Shown: positions 24,189 through 38,059, counted from the stretch's first letter. The stretch is 51,921 nt of DNA from Octopus bimaculoides (GCF_001194135.2 NC_068988.1:66950839-67002759); one strand, 5' to 3'. Notes: a model not told the origin generated them from the letters alone. Numbers and translations: made by a program.

Positions 24189-25366
24189 ATAACAATAGTT
24201 TATAATGTTGGCGAAAAGCCATACATCTCGAAATCGAAAACTTGTCCCTAGTGCGAATGCTATTCAGGGACCAATTAAAACTGAAAGACATAAGTCAACT
24301 GCATCGATATTTTAATTATTTTCAATAATCAATATTTGCATGAATCCCATTTTCAATAAATATTCATTAATACAGATAAGTTGACTATTTTGGCCAGTGT
24401 TGGGAGTGACAACCATCTCTGCATGAGTTTGGGATAGAGCAGAAGCAGGTATCTTATTTTAGACATCAATACGTTAAGGTGAAAGGTACTAAGTAAGCAA
24501 TTCTGAAAACCGTGAATCGTATAATTAATCGAGGCGGGATAAATGAGACAGAAATAGACGACATAAAGATGACATAGATCAAGGCTGTTAGAGATAGGAT
24601 CTTTTGCATATCTACGACATAGATATACAGTAGAAATAATAGGAATGGGAAGAAAAAATAAATAATACGAGAATAGACTTATTCGAATAGAAATAATTGT
24701 CTTGGTCAAAATTAGGAGAAAGGAAAAAAATCAGAAAGACAGAGATTTATGTATATNNNNNNNNNNNNNNNNNNNNNNNNNNNNNNNNNNNNNNNNNNNN
24801 NNNNNNNNNNNNNNNNNNNNNNNNNNNNNNNNNNNNNNNNNNNNNNNNNNNNNNNNNNNNNNNNNNNNNNNNNNAGAGAGAGAGAGAGAGAGAGAGAGAA
24901 GAGGAGAGGGAGCGAGAAGGAGCGAGAGGAAGAGAGAGAATAAATTTTGCTACCCAGACATTGCAATTAATTTCGAAAGTCAAGATTTGTAGAGACTACA
25001 TTTAATAAATATTCATTGATACAAATAGAAAAGAATAGAATATATAACAGACAGAGATCAAGACAGTTTGAGATCAGAGATTCTGCAAATCTACAACCCA
25101 AAAATATACAGTATCAACAGTAAAAAAATAATAGGAATGACAAGAGGAGAGAAATAAGATGAGAATAGGCTGACCAGAATAGCAAATATTGTCATGGGAA
25201 AAGTCAGAAAAATGGAAAAATAAAGTATTTTGAATCCTGTCTGCTGACTAAATTGTTCTAAAGAAATAGAAATGCGAAAAGAGTTCAATGATTATAACGA
25301 ACAAGACATTTCTTTTGTATGAATTTGTAGGCTTAGTAAAAATAGACATCATTATTAAGGCAGAAA

Positions 25367-25780
25367 AAGGCGGTTAACTGGCAGAATCGTTAAGCAGGCT
25401 GGACGAAATGCTTAGCGGTATTTCGCCCGTCGCTACGTTCTGAGTTTAAATTCCACAGAGATCGATTTTGCCTTTCATCTTTTCGGGGTCGATAAATTGA
25501 GTACCAGTGAAACACTGGAATCGATGTAATCGACTACTCCCCTTCCCCCAACCAAATTTCAGGCCTTGTACCTTTAGTAGAAATGATTATTAAGACAGAA
25601 ACAGACGACGAGCTGGCAGAATTGTTAGCACGCAAAGCAATTTGCTTATCATTATTTCATCAGTTTTTACATCCTGAGTTCAAATTTCGCTGAGATCGAC
25701 TTTGCCGTTCTTCCTTCCGGAGTCGATACAATAAGTACCAGTTGATTCCTGGGGTGATGTGACTGACTTACCCCCTCATA
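25367..25780 (+). mobile_element. Two tandem family A SINE copies
   Basis: AAGGCGGTTAACTGGCAGAATCGTTAAGC..GAGTTTAAATTCC..; second copy GACGAGCTGGCAGAATTGTTAGC..GAGTTCAAATTTC. Confidence 0.9.
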
Positions 25781-26057
25781 CATACACTTCATTCTACCAC
25801 TCTCGTCATTGAAGTACAAGTCGCACTCATTTCTTTTTGTCTTCTTATTCTATCTTTACTTATTCCTCATAATGTATATGTATTGCCTGGATTATCTCTT
25901 ATCTTTTACTCACTTTAGTCATTAGACAACCTGACTTGTATGGTTAAGTCGAACAAATCATCCCTAAAACTATTTTTATTTTCAGAAACATTAAGTTACT
26001 GGGACGTAAACAAATCAACACCGGTTGTCAGGCGGTGGCGGAACAGAAGTACAATCA

Positions 26058-26102
<45 letters not shown>

Positions 26103-26106
26103 TACA

Positions 26107-26561
26107 TGTTTCAGTCGTTGGACTGCAGCAATGCTGAGGCACCGACTTAAAAGGCTTAGTTGAAAAAATCGCCCCAGTTCTTCTTTCATTAAGCCTGCTT
26201 CTTATTTTATCGGTTTCTTTGGTTGAATCACAAATTTAGTAAGGAAAGCAACATGTGCTGTTAACCGGTGGAGGGAGGCAAAAATAAGCACAATGTCACA
26301 CATACATAGATTATGCATATACCTATATATATATATATATTAAATATATATGTGTGCGTGTGTTTTTATGTGAGTATGTATGTATACGTGTTTGTGTGTA
26401 TCAGGGCTTCTTTCAGTTTTTCTCAACCAAATTCACTCACAAGGCTTCGGTCGGTCCGGGTCTCTAGCAGAAGATTGTTAGCAGAGGAGCCACTTATTTA
26501 GACTGAACCCGGGACCACGTAGTTAGGAAGCAAACTTCTTACCACACAGCCACACTTGCCC
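26107..26561 (-). mobile_element. Family B SINE, diverged full-length copy (a further fragment at 25980-26070)
   Basis: Aligns by eye end to end with 36041-36486. Confidence 0.8.
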
Positions 26562-26961
26562 CTAACTTTTATTGCAGAACACTTTTCTCTCCCTCTCCCC
26601 TTCTTCATCACCTCCTGTATCGCCCTTTCTTACTCTCTGTTTGTCTGTCAGTCGGTCTGTTTCACTCTTTCTCGTCTCACTCTCAGATGAAAATACTAGA
26701 TAGAAAATGCGGTATATTGATCTTTCCACAGCAAATAATCTAATCAAAAACCACAATCTTCACTAAGGATCTCCAACAGTCAATGATATGACACTACAAC
26801 TTAAACACTGGATATTCCACATGCCTCTGCAATTGCATTCCTTCTGTCACTTTTTCCAAATAATACAAGCCTGTCTCATATATATAACATCTATTCTTTC
26901 TAACATGTTGTCTCTCCATTTTCTCCTTTCTGTCTCTCCTTTCTCTCTATTCCCTCTGTCT

Positions 26962-27015
<54 letters not shown>

Positions 27016-28664
27016 NNNNNNNNNNNNNNNNNNNNNNNNNNNNNNNNNNNNNNNNNNNNNNNNNNNNNNNNNNNNNNNNNNNNNNNNNNNNNNNNNNNNN
27101 NNNNNNNNNNNNNNNNNNNNNNNNNNCACACACATACACACACACACACACACACATACACACATCACTTATACATGTATGTATGTATGTATGTGAAGTG
27201 ATATAATTATTTTTCCTATTTGGTTCTTTCCTCAGTGTTTTCCAGTCTATCTCGGTAAATCTGTGTCTTTCTCTCTCACCTTTAAAAGTAATAACATATT
27301 TTTCCTATATAGCCATTTAGATTTCGAACTATTATATCAAATAAGATTCATATAACGAAATCAACGATATCCTTACCACTATATGTATGTATGCATGTAT
27401 GTATGTATGTATGTATGTATGTATGTATGTATGAAAGTGTGTGTATGCGTGTATGTATGTATGTATGTATGTATGTATGAAAGTGTGTGTATGCGTGTAT
27501 GTATGTATGTATGTATGTATGTGGTGTCTATGTGTTAGTGTGTATCCGTGTATGAACATGAAAATCGACGTTTTTGCAACTCTCCATTTTGATTTTTGTT
27601 CCTAATATCTGGAGGCATCTTTTCCAAAAGATATGCATGTCAAACTAATTAGTTTTCGCACGTAAAAAAAGACAATACCCAAAGAAAGCAGATATAAATA
27701 TTCAGATTTATATATTCTCAATGGATTGAATATCATATGCTTGAAATATTCGACTTTCTTCCTTGCTATAATCAATAATCATGGCACATGTTGTCTCGCA
27801 GTATATTCTCACACTCACACAATCACTTCTCCAATATCCCTCGAGAGGGTCAGTAACGTTTGATGGGGCTTAGAAGTATTACAGAATTTGTGAGATTTTT
27901 TACTCCCAGTTGATTTCAAATGTCCCTACATTTTGACCTCTGTTTTACAGTATGGTTATATATTACAAGACATTTTTTATTGCGTTCTGGAGACCGGAAA
28001 ATATTTCCACGCATGCCATTCAATTTATATGCGTATGCAATTGTGTGTGCATGACAGAAACAGGATTTTGTAGGCGTGAACGCATGCGCGAACGCTTTTA
28101 CACACTTAAATAAATACATAGGTAATATATATATAAAGCATTTATGAAAAAAATATTGTATAATGAAACGTGATTGTGTATATAAAGTATACTGATTTAC
28201 ACAAAAAAAGTTAAGAAGATATATGCATATGATATTATAGAACTTCAACGACTTTAAGATTTAAAAGAAAAAAACAAGCAACAACCAACCCACAGAAATT
28301 ACTGGTAATGTAGACAGGAAATCAACTTTTGCCGGAATGTTCTTATTACCAATGTTTCTAACAATACGTTGCCATCGCTTCCTGTTCGTGACATCACTAT
28401 GTGAAAACCTCCAAAGTAGATTAAAATATGCAGTACGTAGTTCTGAAGTATTTTATTTACCACTGATACTTTATTGAACACGTTGTCATATGTTTAGTCG
28501 AGCTGGCGTTTAATGAAGTGGACACGCATGACTAATTCAATCCACATTTCTTCCTCTGAGTGTGTGAATGTATAATGCGATTTTTAGTCTGGTTCTAAAA
28601 ATGTAAATTAATATCCATGAAGTGGTCGATGATATTCTGTTTTTATATCTTAATAATCGTTTGT

Positions 28665-29307
28665 ACTATAGGCACAAGGGCTGAAATGTTCAGGGGAGGG
28701 GGGAAGGTCGATTACAAATTACCTTAGTGCTCAACTGGTACTTATTTCGTCGTCACCAAAATGATGAAAAGCAAAGTTGGCTTCGGTGGAGTTCGAACTC
28801 AGAAGGTAAAGGCGGACGAAATGCGGTTCAGCATTTTGCTCGGAGTGCTCCTGATTCTCCCCGACTCTTCGCCGTTAGGGCAACAAGAATAATAATCCGG
28901 TCTTCTAAAGGAACAAGGCCTGAAATTTTTGGGGACGGTGCTAGTCGACTCCAGTACGTAAATTTATTGGGCCCCGAAGGGTTGAATTAGTGAAGGGGAT
29001 GGGGGGCAAAATCGATCTCGGCTGAATTTGAACTCAGAACGTAAAGACGGATTAAAATCCGGTATTCATTTTGTCTGGTATGCTAACGATGCTGCTAGCT
29101 TGTCGCCTAAACTATAATAATGCTTTCAAATTTTGGCACCAGGATAGATGTTTTGAGAAAACAGGTTTGATCAATTACATGAACTCATTACTTGACTGGT
29201 ACTTTATTTTATTGAGCAGGGAAGGATGAAAGACAGTATTAACCTCGGAGGCATTTGAAATCGGAATTTAAATAGCCAGAAGAAAAGCTGTTATGCATTT
29301 TTGTCCG
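28665..29307 (-). mobile_element. Head-to-tail array of 3 family A SINE copies
   Basis: Three repetitions of tail (GGCACAAGG/GAACAAGGCC/GGCACCAGG), ACTGGTACTTATTT and ATTTGAACTCAGAA motifs separated by AATAATAAT linkers. Confidence 0.85.
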
Positions 29308-29996
29308 NNNNNNNNNNNNNNNNNNNNNNNNNNNNNNNNNNNNNNNNNNNNNNNNNNNNNNNNNNNNNNNNNNNNNNNNNNNNNNNNNNNNNNNNNNNNN
29401 NNNNNNNNNNNNNNNNNNNNNNNNNNNNNNNNNNNNNNNNNNNNNNNNNNNNNNNNNNNNNNNNNNNNNNNNNNNNNNNNNNNNNNNNNNNNNNNNNNNN
29501 NNNNNNNNNNNNNNNNNNNNNNNNNNNNNNNNNNNNNNNNNNNNNNNNNNNNNNNNNNNNNNNNNNNNNNNNNNNNNNNNNNNNNNNNNNNNNNNNNNNN
29601 NNNNNNNNNNNNNNNNNNNNNNNNNNNNNNNNNNNNNNNNNNNNNNNNNNNNNNNNNNNNNNNNNNNNNNNNNNNNNNNNNNNNNNNNNNNNNNNNNNNN
29701 NNNNNNNNNNNNNNNNNNNNNNNNNNNNNNNNNNNNNNNNNNNNNNNNNNNNNNNNNNNNNNNNNNNNNNNNNNNNNNNNNNNNNNNNNNNNNNNNNNNN
29801 NNNNNNNNNNNNNNNNNNNNNNNNNNNNNNNNNNNNNNNNNNNNNNNNNNNNNNNNNNNNNNNNNNNNNNNNNNNNNNNNNNNNNNNNNNNNNNNNNNNN
29901 NNNNNNNNNNNNNNNNNNNNNNNNNNNNNNNNNNNNNNNNNNNNNNNNNNNNNNNNNNNNNNNNNNNNNNNNNNNNNNNNNNNNNNNNNNNNNNNN

Positions 29997-30495
29997 CTAA
30001 TAAACCAGATATTATTATAAAAGATCAGACAAAGAAGAAGTGTTTATTAATTGACATGAGTATTCCTTGCGATTATAATATAGCAGCGAAAGAATTTGAC
30101 AAGATCAGTAAATATAAAGACTTGCTTATAGAAATTGAAAAAATGTGGCACCTCAAGGCGACTACGGTACCAGTGATTGTAGGATCTCTAGGAATGATAA
30201 AAAAAGGTACTGAAACCTATTTGAATATGATACCAGGCTTACCATCCCTACAGGAAGTGCAAAAAATCGTGTTAACTGGAACGACTCATGTACTGAGAAG
30301 AGCATTATCGCCGTGAAAACAATACCCATTCATGAATTTATCTATTAATTTTTTTTAAATACATATTTTACCTGTGAATTTGCGTGTGTAAACTGGGAAT
30401 GCATACAATGAGCTTCTCTGCCCTAGGTGTACGGAAAACACTCGACAAGAAATGGAAGAAAATTTGAAGAAAAAAACAACAACAACAACAACAAC

Positions 30496-30541
<46 letters not shown>

Positions 30542-30548
30542 TGATAAT
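29997..30548 (+). mobile_element. R4/Dong-clade retrotransposon 3' end: uninterrupted RLE domain, 3' UTR and (AAC)n(AAT)n tail
   Basis: Open frame 29999-30316: NKPDIIIKDQTKKKCLLIDMSIPCDYNIAAKEFDKISKYKDLLIEIEKMWHLKATTVPVIVGSLGMIKK..LRRALSP*, a PD-(D/E)xK-type restriction-like endonuclease; 5' part lies in the gap. Confidence 0.92.
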
Positions 30549-30930
30549 AGCACTCAGAGAGCGCAACCCTCCTCCAAGGCAATACTAACGTCCTCTCAAT
30601 GATTAGCCAGTAGTGATTTTTAGAACGTGAATATCTAAAATAAACTCAACTGCTCTCACAAACGAGAATACTAAAAATAAACCCGACCGCTCTCAAAAAT
30701 TATGTAAAAAAAAAAAAAACCCGGAAAAATAATACAGAATCCTTGTCCGGTACCAGATCGAACCCAAAATCTACTCAGTTCGTGCCAGTCACAAGGCTAA
30801 GCATCTCTGAAGGATTCATCCGAATCCATCGAGCGTTTCTTGAGATATCTTGTCCACGGACAAAAAAACAAACAAAATAATAAACGTGACTGAAAACAAT
30901 ACCTCTGCCTTCGCTAAGGCGGAAGTAATA
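30549..30930 (+). mobile_element. Helentron-associated non-autonomous element (HINE/DINE-1-like)
   Basis: Starts AGCACTCAGAGAGCGCAACCCTCCTCCAAGGC, has ACAAA-type repeat near the end and a terminal hairpin CTCTGCCTT-CGCT-AAGGCGGAAG (30903-30925) after GAAAACAATA; sits in (AAT)n. Confidence 0.6.
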
Positions 30931-31596
30931 ATAATAAAAATAATAAACAATATAAACACTAGATAATACTGGGCAGAGTTAATAAAAGCTTTAAAGAAAG
31001 CTTGAAAGATCTCTCCGGAAATTAATGTCAGAAAACTTTCCCCAAATGAGCTCAGAAACGAATGTTTATTAGGTGTGAGATAAAGAAGTTGAGTTTTTTT
31101 TTATCGAAATTATAACGAGATGTAACAGTATAATACAGCTCAGAGAAATAAATAGAGGATTATTGCTAAACTGCTTTGGTGAAATACGTGTAGACGTCAG
31201 TGGTATTGTCTTGTTTTTTTTTTCTTTAACTACCAAATATATTGATTTCGTATATAGGTAGAAATGCTGTTTATGTGTTAATGCACGTATGTGTGAGTGT
31301 GTGTGTGTGAATGTGTGCGTGTTTGTGAAAGAGAGGGAGAGAGGACCAGTAGAGAGAGAGCAAGGAGAGAGGGTGATAAAAGGAGGGAGAGAACTTACCT
31401 CGTATATGTATGTGCGTGTGTGTGTTAGAGAAAGAGAAAGAAAGGAAAAGAGAAAGAGAAAGAAAGGAAAAGAGAAAGAGAGAGAGAGACGGAGGAAAAC
31501 TGGTAGAATGAAAGAAATTAAGGAAAAACAAAAAAAAAGGGAAAAAAATCTATATAAAGGTATAATTAAAACTTCACAGGAAAGCAATATATTTAT

Positions 31597-31641
<45 letters not shown>

Positions 31642-32068
31642 ATGGAATGAGATGAGAAAAGTGTTAAAGAGTAAAATTCAGAGCATGCGTATTTGTAGAT
31701 GTTACTGAATTCTATCTGCTGTGAAATGAACTTCCGTTTGTAATAGATCTTCGAAAGGTAAATTTGACATGTCTGGATCCCTCAGCGTTAGCATGATAAA
31801 TGCTGACATATTACAAAATGGTAAACTGAATCAAAACATACAAAAAAACTACTACACTCTCAAATGTAAATATTTTGAATTCACAACAGGGAATAATATA
31901 TAATTGGCATTAGAATTATTAATTACAAAACGCACACGGTTCTACGAAACCGATTGATGACAAGATTTGATATTGTCCACTTTTGTGTACTATTATGTTT
32001 ATGAGTACCTTGGCATGCTTTCTTGGATTGACTATTTATTATTATTATTATTATTATCAATTCTTTTT

Positions 32069-32480
32069 AAGGCAGTGAGTTTGCAGAATCGTTAGCACGC
32101 CGGGCGAAATGCTTAGCGGTATTTTGTCTGCCGCTACGCTCTGAGTTCAAATTCCGTCGAGGTTAACTTTGCTTTTCATCCTTTTGGAGTCGATAAATTA
32201 AGTACCAGTGAAACACTGGGCCAATGTAATCAACTTATCTCCTCCCACAAAATGGCTACGTTTGTGGAAAAATTTGAAACCATTATTATTATTATTATTG
32301 TTCCACCGAGTTCATCTTCGCCTTTCACCCTTTCATGTGAAAGGGTAAACAAAATAAATTATTAGTCAAGTATTGGGGTCGATAAAATAAATTATCAGTC
32401 AAGTATTGGGGTCGATGTAATCGACATGGTTCCTTCCCTCAATAATTGCTGTTTTTTTTTGGCCAAAATTTGAAACCATT
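32069..32480 (+). mobile_element. Family A SINE (full) plus a partial copy with internal tandem duplication
   Basis: AAGGCAGTGAGTTTGCAGAATCGTTAGCACGCCGGGCGAAATGCTTAGCGG..GAGTTCAAATTCC; AGTCAAGTATTGGGGTCGAT occurs twice in the second copy. Confidence 0.9.
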
Positions 32481-33344
32481 CATATTGTTACCAAGGCTAT
32501 TTACAGAAGCACAACCTCGAGTTAACGCTGATAATTTTTCTTCATTTTGAACACAAGCTGAGCAAGTCGGTCACCTACTGGAAGCCAACAGCTATTATAT
32601 GTGAAGATATAACATTATATATATATTTATTACTATTCATGTATTATTTCCACTAACTTCAATTGTGTTATGCTTCTAAGACGGAAAATATCACTCTTCA
32701 TTTCACGCCTATAATATTTAAAATTAGCGTCGTAACGTTGGCGCAGAATGCTAAAGGAGCTAGATGAATGCTAACAACATCGAAATCTATCATTTTATCA
32801 ACCACATTTGATGATAAAAGCGAACTCAGCGGCTAATGGTATGAAGGATGAGCACTTCAGTTCCATTCCAACAAATAGTCAAATGGTAATTGTGTTTACT
32901 AGAACAGGAGCCAAATATCAAACGTAGTCAGATCAAATGCATAATTCTTTGCCAAATAAATTGTGAAATTGAAGACAAAAAGCCTATCATCTACAAGAAA
33001 ATTATATTTTACCATTGACGTTTTCTCCACCTCAGACGAGCTGCTCAAGACAAGAATGTTTGACTGAGCATCAACGTCTTGTTCAATTATAGAAAATATA
33101 AATTCAATCATTAGAAAGGTTGACTTTGTGATACATTATAGGATTCCACTCAGAATATCAAAGAATATAAAAGTTAACAGGATCGATACCTACCAACCTA
33201 CTAAACATTTATGAAAATAACAACGGATTGACTTGGCGTAAATTTGGCTTAGATTAGTGTCCTTCATAACCCAACCAATACAGTGGAAGTGATAACAATA
33301 TCACAGTTATCAAATATGTTTTAAGAGCTATTTAGAATAATTAT

Positions 33345-33728
33345 GGAGGTGCAATGGCCCAGTGGTTAGAGCAGCGGACTCGCGGTCATAGGATCGCGGT
33401 TTCGATTCCCAGACTGGGCGTTGTGAGTGTTTATAGCGCGAAAACACCTAAGCTCCACGAGGCTCCGGCAGGGGATGGTAGCGAACCCTGCTGTACTCTT
33501 CCACCACAACTTTCTCTCACTCGTACTTCCTGTTTCTGTTGTGCCTGTAATTCAAAGGGTCAGCCTTGTCACACTGTGTGACGCTGAATCTCCCCGAAAA
33601 CTACGTTAAGGGTACACGTGTCTGTGGAGTGCTCAGCCACTTGCACGTTAATTTCACGAGCAGGCTGTTCCATTGATCGGATCAACGGGAACCCTCGACG
33701 TCGTAAGCGACGGAGTGCCAATAACAAC
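33345..33728 (+). mobile_element. Full-length tRNA-derived SINE, family C, with 11-bp TSD
   Basis: A box TGGCCCAGTGG, B box GGTTTCGATTCCC, tail ending GGAGTGCCAATAACAAC; TSD AGAATAATTAT at 33334-33344 and 33729-33739. Confidence 0.93.
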
Positions 33729-34249
33729 AGAATAATTATATTACAAATTTGTCGTACGTTTGTTCTTATTTGTGATTCACAAGTTTTGCAGAATTACATT
33801 TAACGTAGTTGTATCTTCCGTTACAATTATAAGCTAATTTTAACGTTATGTTGAAATTTAGAAACAAATCAATTAAGAAGAAAATCATTGTTTTTGTCTG
33901 TGATTTAGTTAGATTAGAAAGCTAGAATACGTGAATTTTTCCAGAACAACGTTCTCAGACAGGTGAGAGAAAGTTACTCTCAGACAAAAGATCTGATGAC
34001 CTGAAACCTGGTAATAGTCTGCTTACTCCACAAATGTATCCTAAGACCAAGTGACAATATTATATATCGCAACAGGTCAAGTCAATCTACTAGCAAAAAA
34101 GACGCATACAGTTCAAATAGTGGGCTTCTATAAAGTTTCTGCAAAACATATAACGTTCAAAAAGCTAGAGCAATAGATACTTATTTACTGTGCCATGCAG
34201 TGGGAACAAACCCGAAATGTACAACTTCAAAGCATTTGCTGAAATCTCA

Positions 34250-34470
34250 TAACCATGCCTGAGTTAATGTTGAATATGACCTTCTGTCTACCTGCAACAA
34301 AAGCATTCTCTACAAGGCTGTCCTGTGTTACTTTCATCAATAGCGTTTTCCTTTTTCATTATCTAATGTATCTTTTTAGGACATTAGTGTGTAGTTTGAG
34401 GTATTAAAGGTTACTATTTCTAACAGGTCGACGACTACAAAGAGATTCATTTACTGGTTCGTAATGTAAT
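34250..34470 (-). repeat. Degenerate interspersed repeat (family E)
   Basis: GGTTACTATTTCTAACAGGTCGA and TTATCTAATGTATC segments; related copies near 12760-12840, 15190-15290 and 36620-36855. Confidence 0.45.
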
Positions 34471-36040
34471 TCTCCTCATATTCCCTCTCATAGACTATTT
34501 CTTTTATTCTTTCATAAAGGTGACAGAATATGTATTGAAACCAAACATAAAAATCAATTGAAAATTCTTGTACATCATTAGATAGAAACAAAAAGAAATC
34601 TATGAACAATGAGAAGAAAAGTTTATTTCTGTTGATTGAAAAACGAAATAAATAACAATATAAAATAAGTTGAATTATTGTAAAGAAAAGAATTTTACTG
34701 TAAATTAGAAAAGAGCATTAGTAGAATAAAAATAAAAATTGAAAACTGCTGTGTTATTTTAAAACTTATTTTTGCTTCAGAAAACAGCGTCATCATAAAG
34801 ATATATTTATCAAATTGTCTAGATGTGTATATGTATGGATTTGAATCTGAATGAATGTCTGTGTATGTATGTCTGAATGTGTTGTATGTGTGTTGTGAAA
34901 GTGTGTGTACGTGTAGGGTGACTGAAGTGTTTGGATGTTAATGAACAGTTGGATCTCATTAATTCAGTTATATTTTATGAAGACAAAGCAATGAAAATAT
35001 ATTGTTTTGAGTGGTTATTTCTAGTCTAACATGTTAGCTAATACTATACAATGTATTCTCAAAAGTTATTTCTAGACCAACGTGCTAACTAACAGCAATT
35101 TCATACAAGGGTTAATTAATAAAAGAGGCTTCGCATTCGAAATCTTTTGATATTGTTTCGCATTTATATAGAACTTTTTGTTTGGGATTCAAAACCACAG
35201 AAACCTAGTCAAATCCTTCGTAACACATCTAAAGAATCCTTTACTGCACAACTTTATATAAATTGTCTGAATATATTTGTGAAATGTTATTTTCAGTTAA
35301 AAACAAACTAATAACGCTGTATTTCGTCATTTTGAAAGTTGTGTGACATACATCCAATCAAGTGAAACGCAGTTTATATGTGATTGGATGCAAATTAGTT
35401 TACTCTGTATCATACATACATACAGATATAAGCACACAAGAGCGTGCACGTCACACGTACACACACACATGTATATATTTTATTTCATTCGTACGGTGAC
35501 ACAACTCATGCAATTTCATATGTATATGTGTATATATACGTGGAAAATATATATGAACCTTAGTGTAAGAAGATCAAGGAATCTCGAAAATGACGGACTC
35601 TCTAAGCAGGAGTAAACAATGATGTAACTTATTTATTCATTACTCAGTAAAATTTATCTGATACAATGGATTCATAGATTACTCTATATTATGTGCATAA
35701 ATGAGTGAAAATAAAGGGTGCTCAGAATACCTCATGAATTCTCAAGAAAACAATAAAGGTTCTCTAAATGTCTTTGTTTCCATTTTTTTTCAATGCAGGT
35801 GAAGTAAACCTATGATCGGCGGCCAATTCCTACTGACACGTCACTCTAAATTTTTTTTTCTTTCCCTACTAGACATGTGCTGTCTAGAATTTGAATAGCC
35901 ACAGTATTCTTAATGCTCAGGCGGTAGAAAGCGATAATTTAAGGTGGCAGCAAGTGATGTGTTTGCTTTCTCAAACAGATTAACACATCACGTAGAAAAT
36001 AGGTCTTAAAGTTTCGATCAGAGGGAATGGATTTGCTATA

Positions 36041-36272
36041 CTCTTGTACTCCTGTACTCTTGTATTTGTTTCAGTCATTTGAGTGCGGCCATGCTGAAGC
36101 ACCGCCTTTAGTCGAGCAAATCGACCCCAGAACTTATTCTTTGGAAGCCTAGTACTTATTCTATCGGTCTCTTTTGCCGAACCGCTAAGTTACGGGGACG
36201 TAAACACACCAGCATCGGTTGTCAAGCGATGTTGGGGGGACAAACACAGACACACAAGTACACACACACATA

Positions 36273-36308
<36 letters not shown>

Positions 36309-36486
36309 TACATATACATATACATACATACGACAGGCTTCTTTCAGTTTCCGTCTACCAAATCCACTCACAAGGCTTTGGTCGGCTCGAGGCTATAGTA
36401 GAAGACACCTATCCAAGGTGCTATGCAGTGGGACTGAACCCGGAACCATGTGGTTGGTAAGCAAGCTACTTACCACACAGCAACTA
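36041..36486 (-). mobile_element. Family B CORE-type SINE, near full-length, little diverged
   Basis: Reverse complement: CTGTGTGGTAAGTAGCTTGCTTACCAACCACATGGTTCCGGGTTCAGTCCCACTGC..CCTTGGATAGGTGTCTTCTACTATAGCC..; tandem GAGTACA-like tail at 36041-36063. Confidence 0.93.
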
Positions 36487-37921
36487 TACATTTATATATT
36501 CGGACTAGATTTATATATCATTTCTTGGTTAGTCTAACCCAGAAATTTTGGTAGAATATTAAACATGGTTTTATGAATATAAAATAGATTGAATAACATT
36601 AATATAAATCAAAACTTAAGAATTTGATGGCTTACATCTTGTATCTACCTGAGTCACTTTGCCTTCATTCGAACGGCTAAAACAACAGCTAAATTTTCAT
36701 CAACGCACATGTACCGTCTTTAAAAAGACATGCGTATCTACATTCTTGTTGTCCTAATTACACCGTAACTTTAATAGCACTGCTTGAATGAGCTCAGCTT
36801 GCACATATGTAATCATAAGCTTGCTCAGTCAGAGCTGACCTGCGGTTAAACTATAACTCCAAGAGCCAAAACGTTAAAAGAATTATAACATTCATCAATA
36901 TAACAATTGCGTTGGAACATTCAATTAGTTCGTATATAATTTCTAAAATCTTTAAAGCGAAAATGAAATGAGGAAATAGACGCAGCATTTAATGAAAGCA
37001 TTTCTCAGATGCCGGAAGATGGTAATAGCAAAACACTCAAGAATTTAAAATATCGACGAAGTCGATGACATTAAAAACCCCGAATTTTTAATGGAAGTGC
37101 TGCTAAAAGACAAAGAATAAAAGTTATTTTATATAAATGAGAACAGTATTTCTCTTCAAAGACAAGGCATTTCTCTTGCAGAAATGCTTACCTTTAGTTC
37201 ATATTTAATTCTAGAATCTCAGCATAATAAGCTAAGACCACAATGTCGGGTTGGCAAAAGGCTATTAGCGATTCATCTAATTTAACTGCTGAAAATAGAA
37301 TGATTTAAAGGCTGACATTGCCAGGTTCACATCGGAATAAATTAAAAATAAATCTATTAATTGTAATAAAATAAAAGGAAGTCATTCATTTAAACATAGT
37401 TCAGAAGAATCTCTTTAGAGTAACTTTCAAACTCCATTAATTCCATCTTCTCCAAAACTAAGCACTACTCTGCAAAAGATGGCGATTAGATTAACCTTTA
37501 ACATCATATAAAATCAACAACGACACATTTTACAGAGACATTCATTTAAGCATCACCTCTTTCTCTTTACGATTCTTTATTTTCTCATACATATTTGCTC
37601 CGTCATACAGCCCAGAGGAATAAAGAGCTTCAATTTCCACAGGTAGTAATTTCTATTGCACTTGAGAAATGAACGCATTTTATATAATCATATTTCTACA
37701 AATTGGATATATAAATCATCTGTAAATCAGTATCCTTGTGTTTATATAAGAAATTGATTATATGATTTGATATCTGCTAAATATGAAATGCAGTTTCAAT
37801 TCTAATCTGTCAAATATAAAATGCAATATCAATTCTAAGACAGTAGAATTTCCTATTTAGAATTTTGTATAACTTTGATAAATTTGAATCTTTAAAATTG
37901 AAGAAACATTCTCTAATTATT

Positions 37922-38023
<102 letters not shown>

Positions 38024-38059
38024 GCACGCACACACGATAGAGATATGTATGTAAGTGTG

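Noticed and set aside
24355-25023. 20-bp direct repeat AATAAATATTCATT(A/G)ATACA about 650 bp apart
   Set aside because: Very AT-rich and no element features between the copies; probably chance.
33345-33420. tRNA-like sequence
   Set aside because: Continues into a SINE body with TSD and lacks a proper acceptor stem; SINE head, not a tRNA gene. The same applies to all other A/B-box heads.
37192-37288. Minus-strand exon candidate with TTTTCAG acceptor and AAG|GTAAGC donor
   Set aside because: All frames contain a stop (best frame stops 2 nt before the donor) and length is not a multiple of 3; kept only as a possible non-coding exon.
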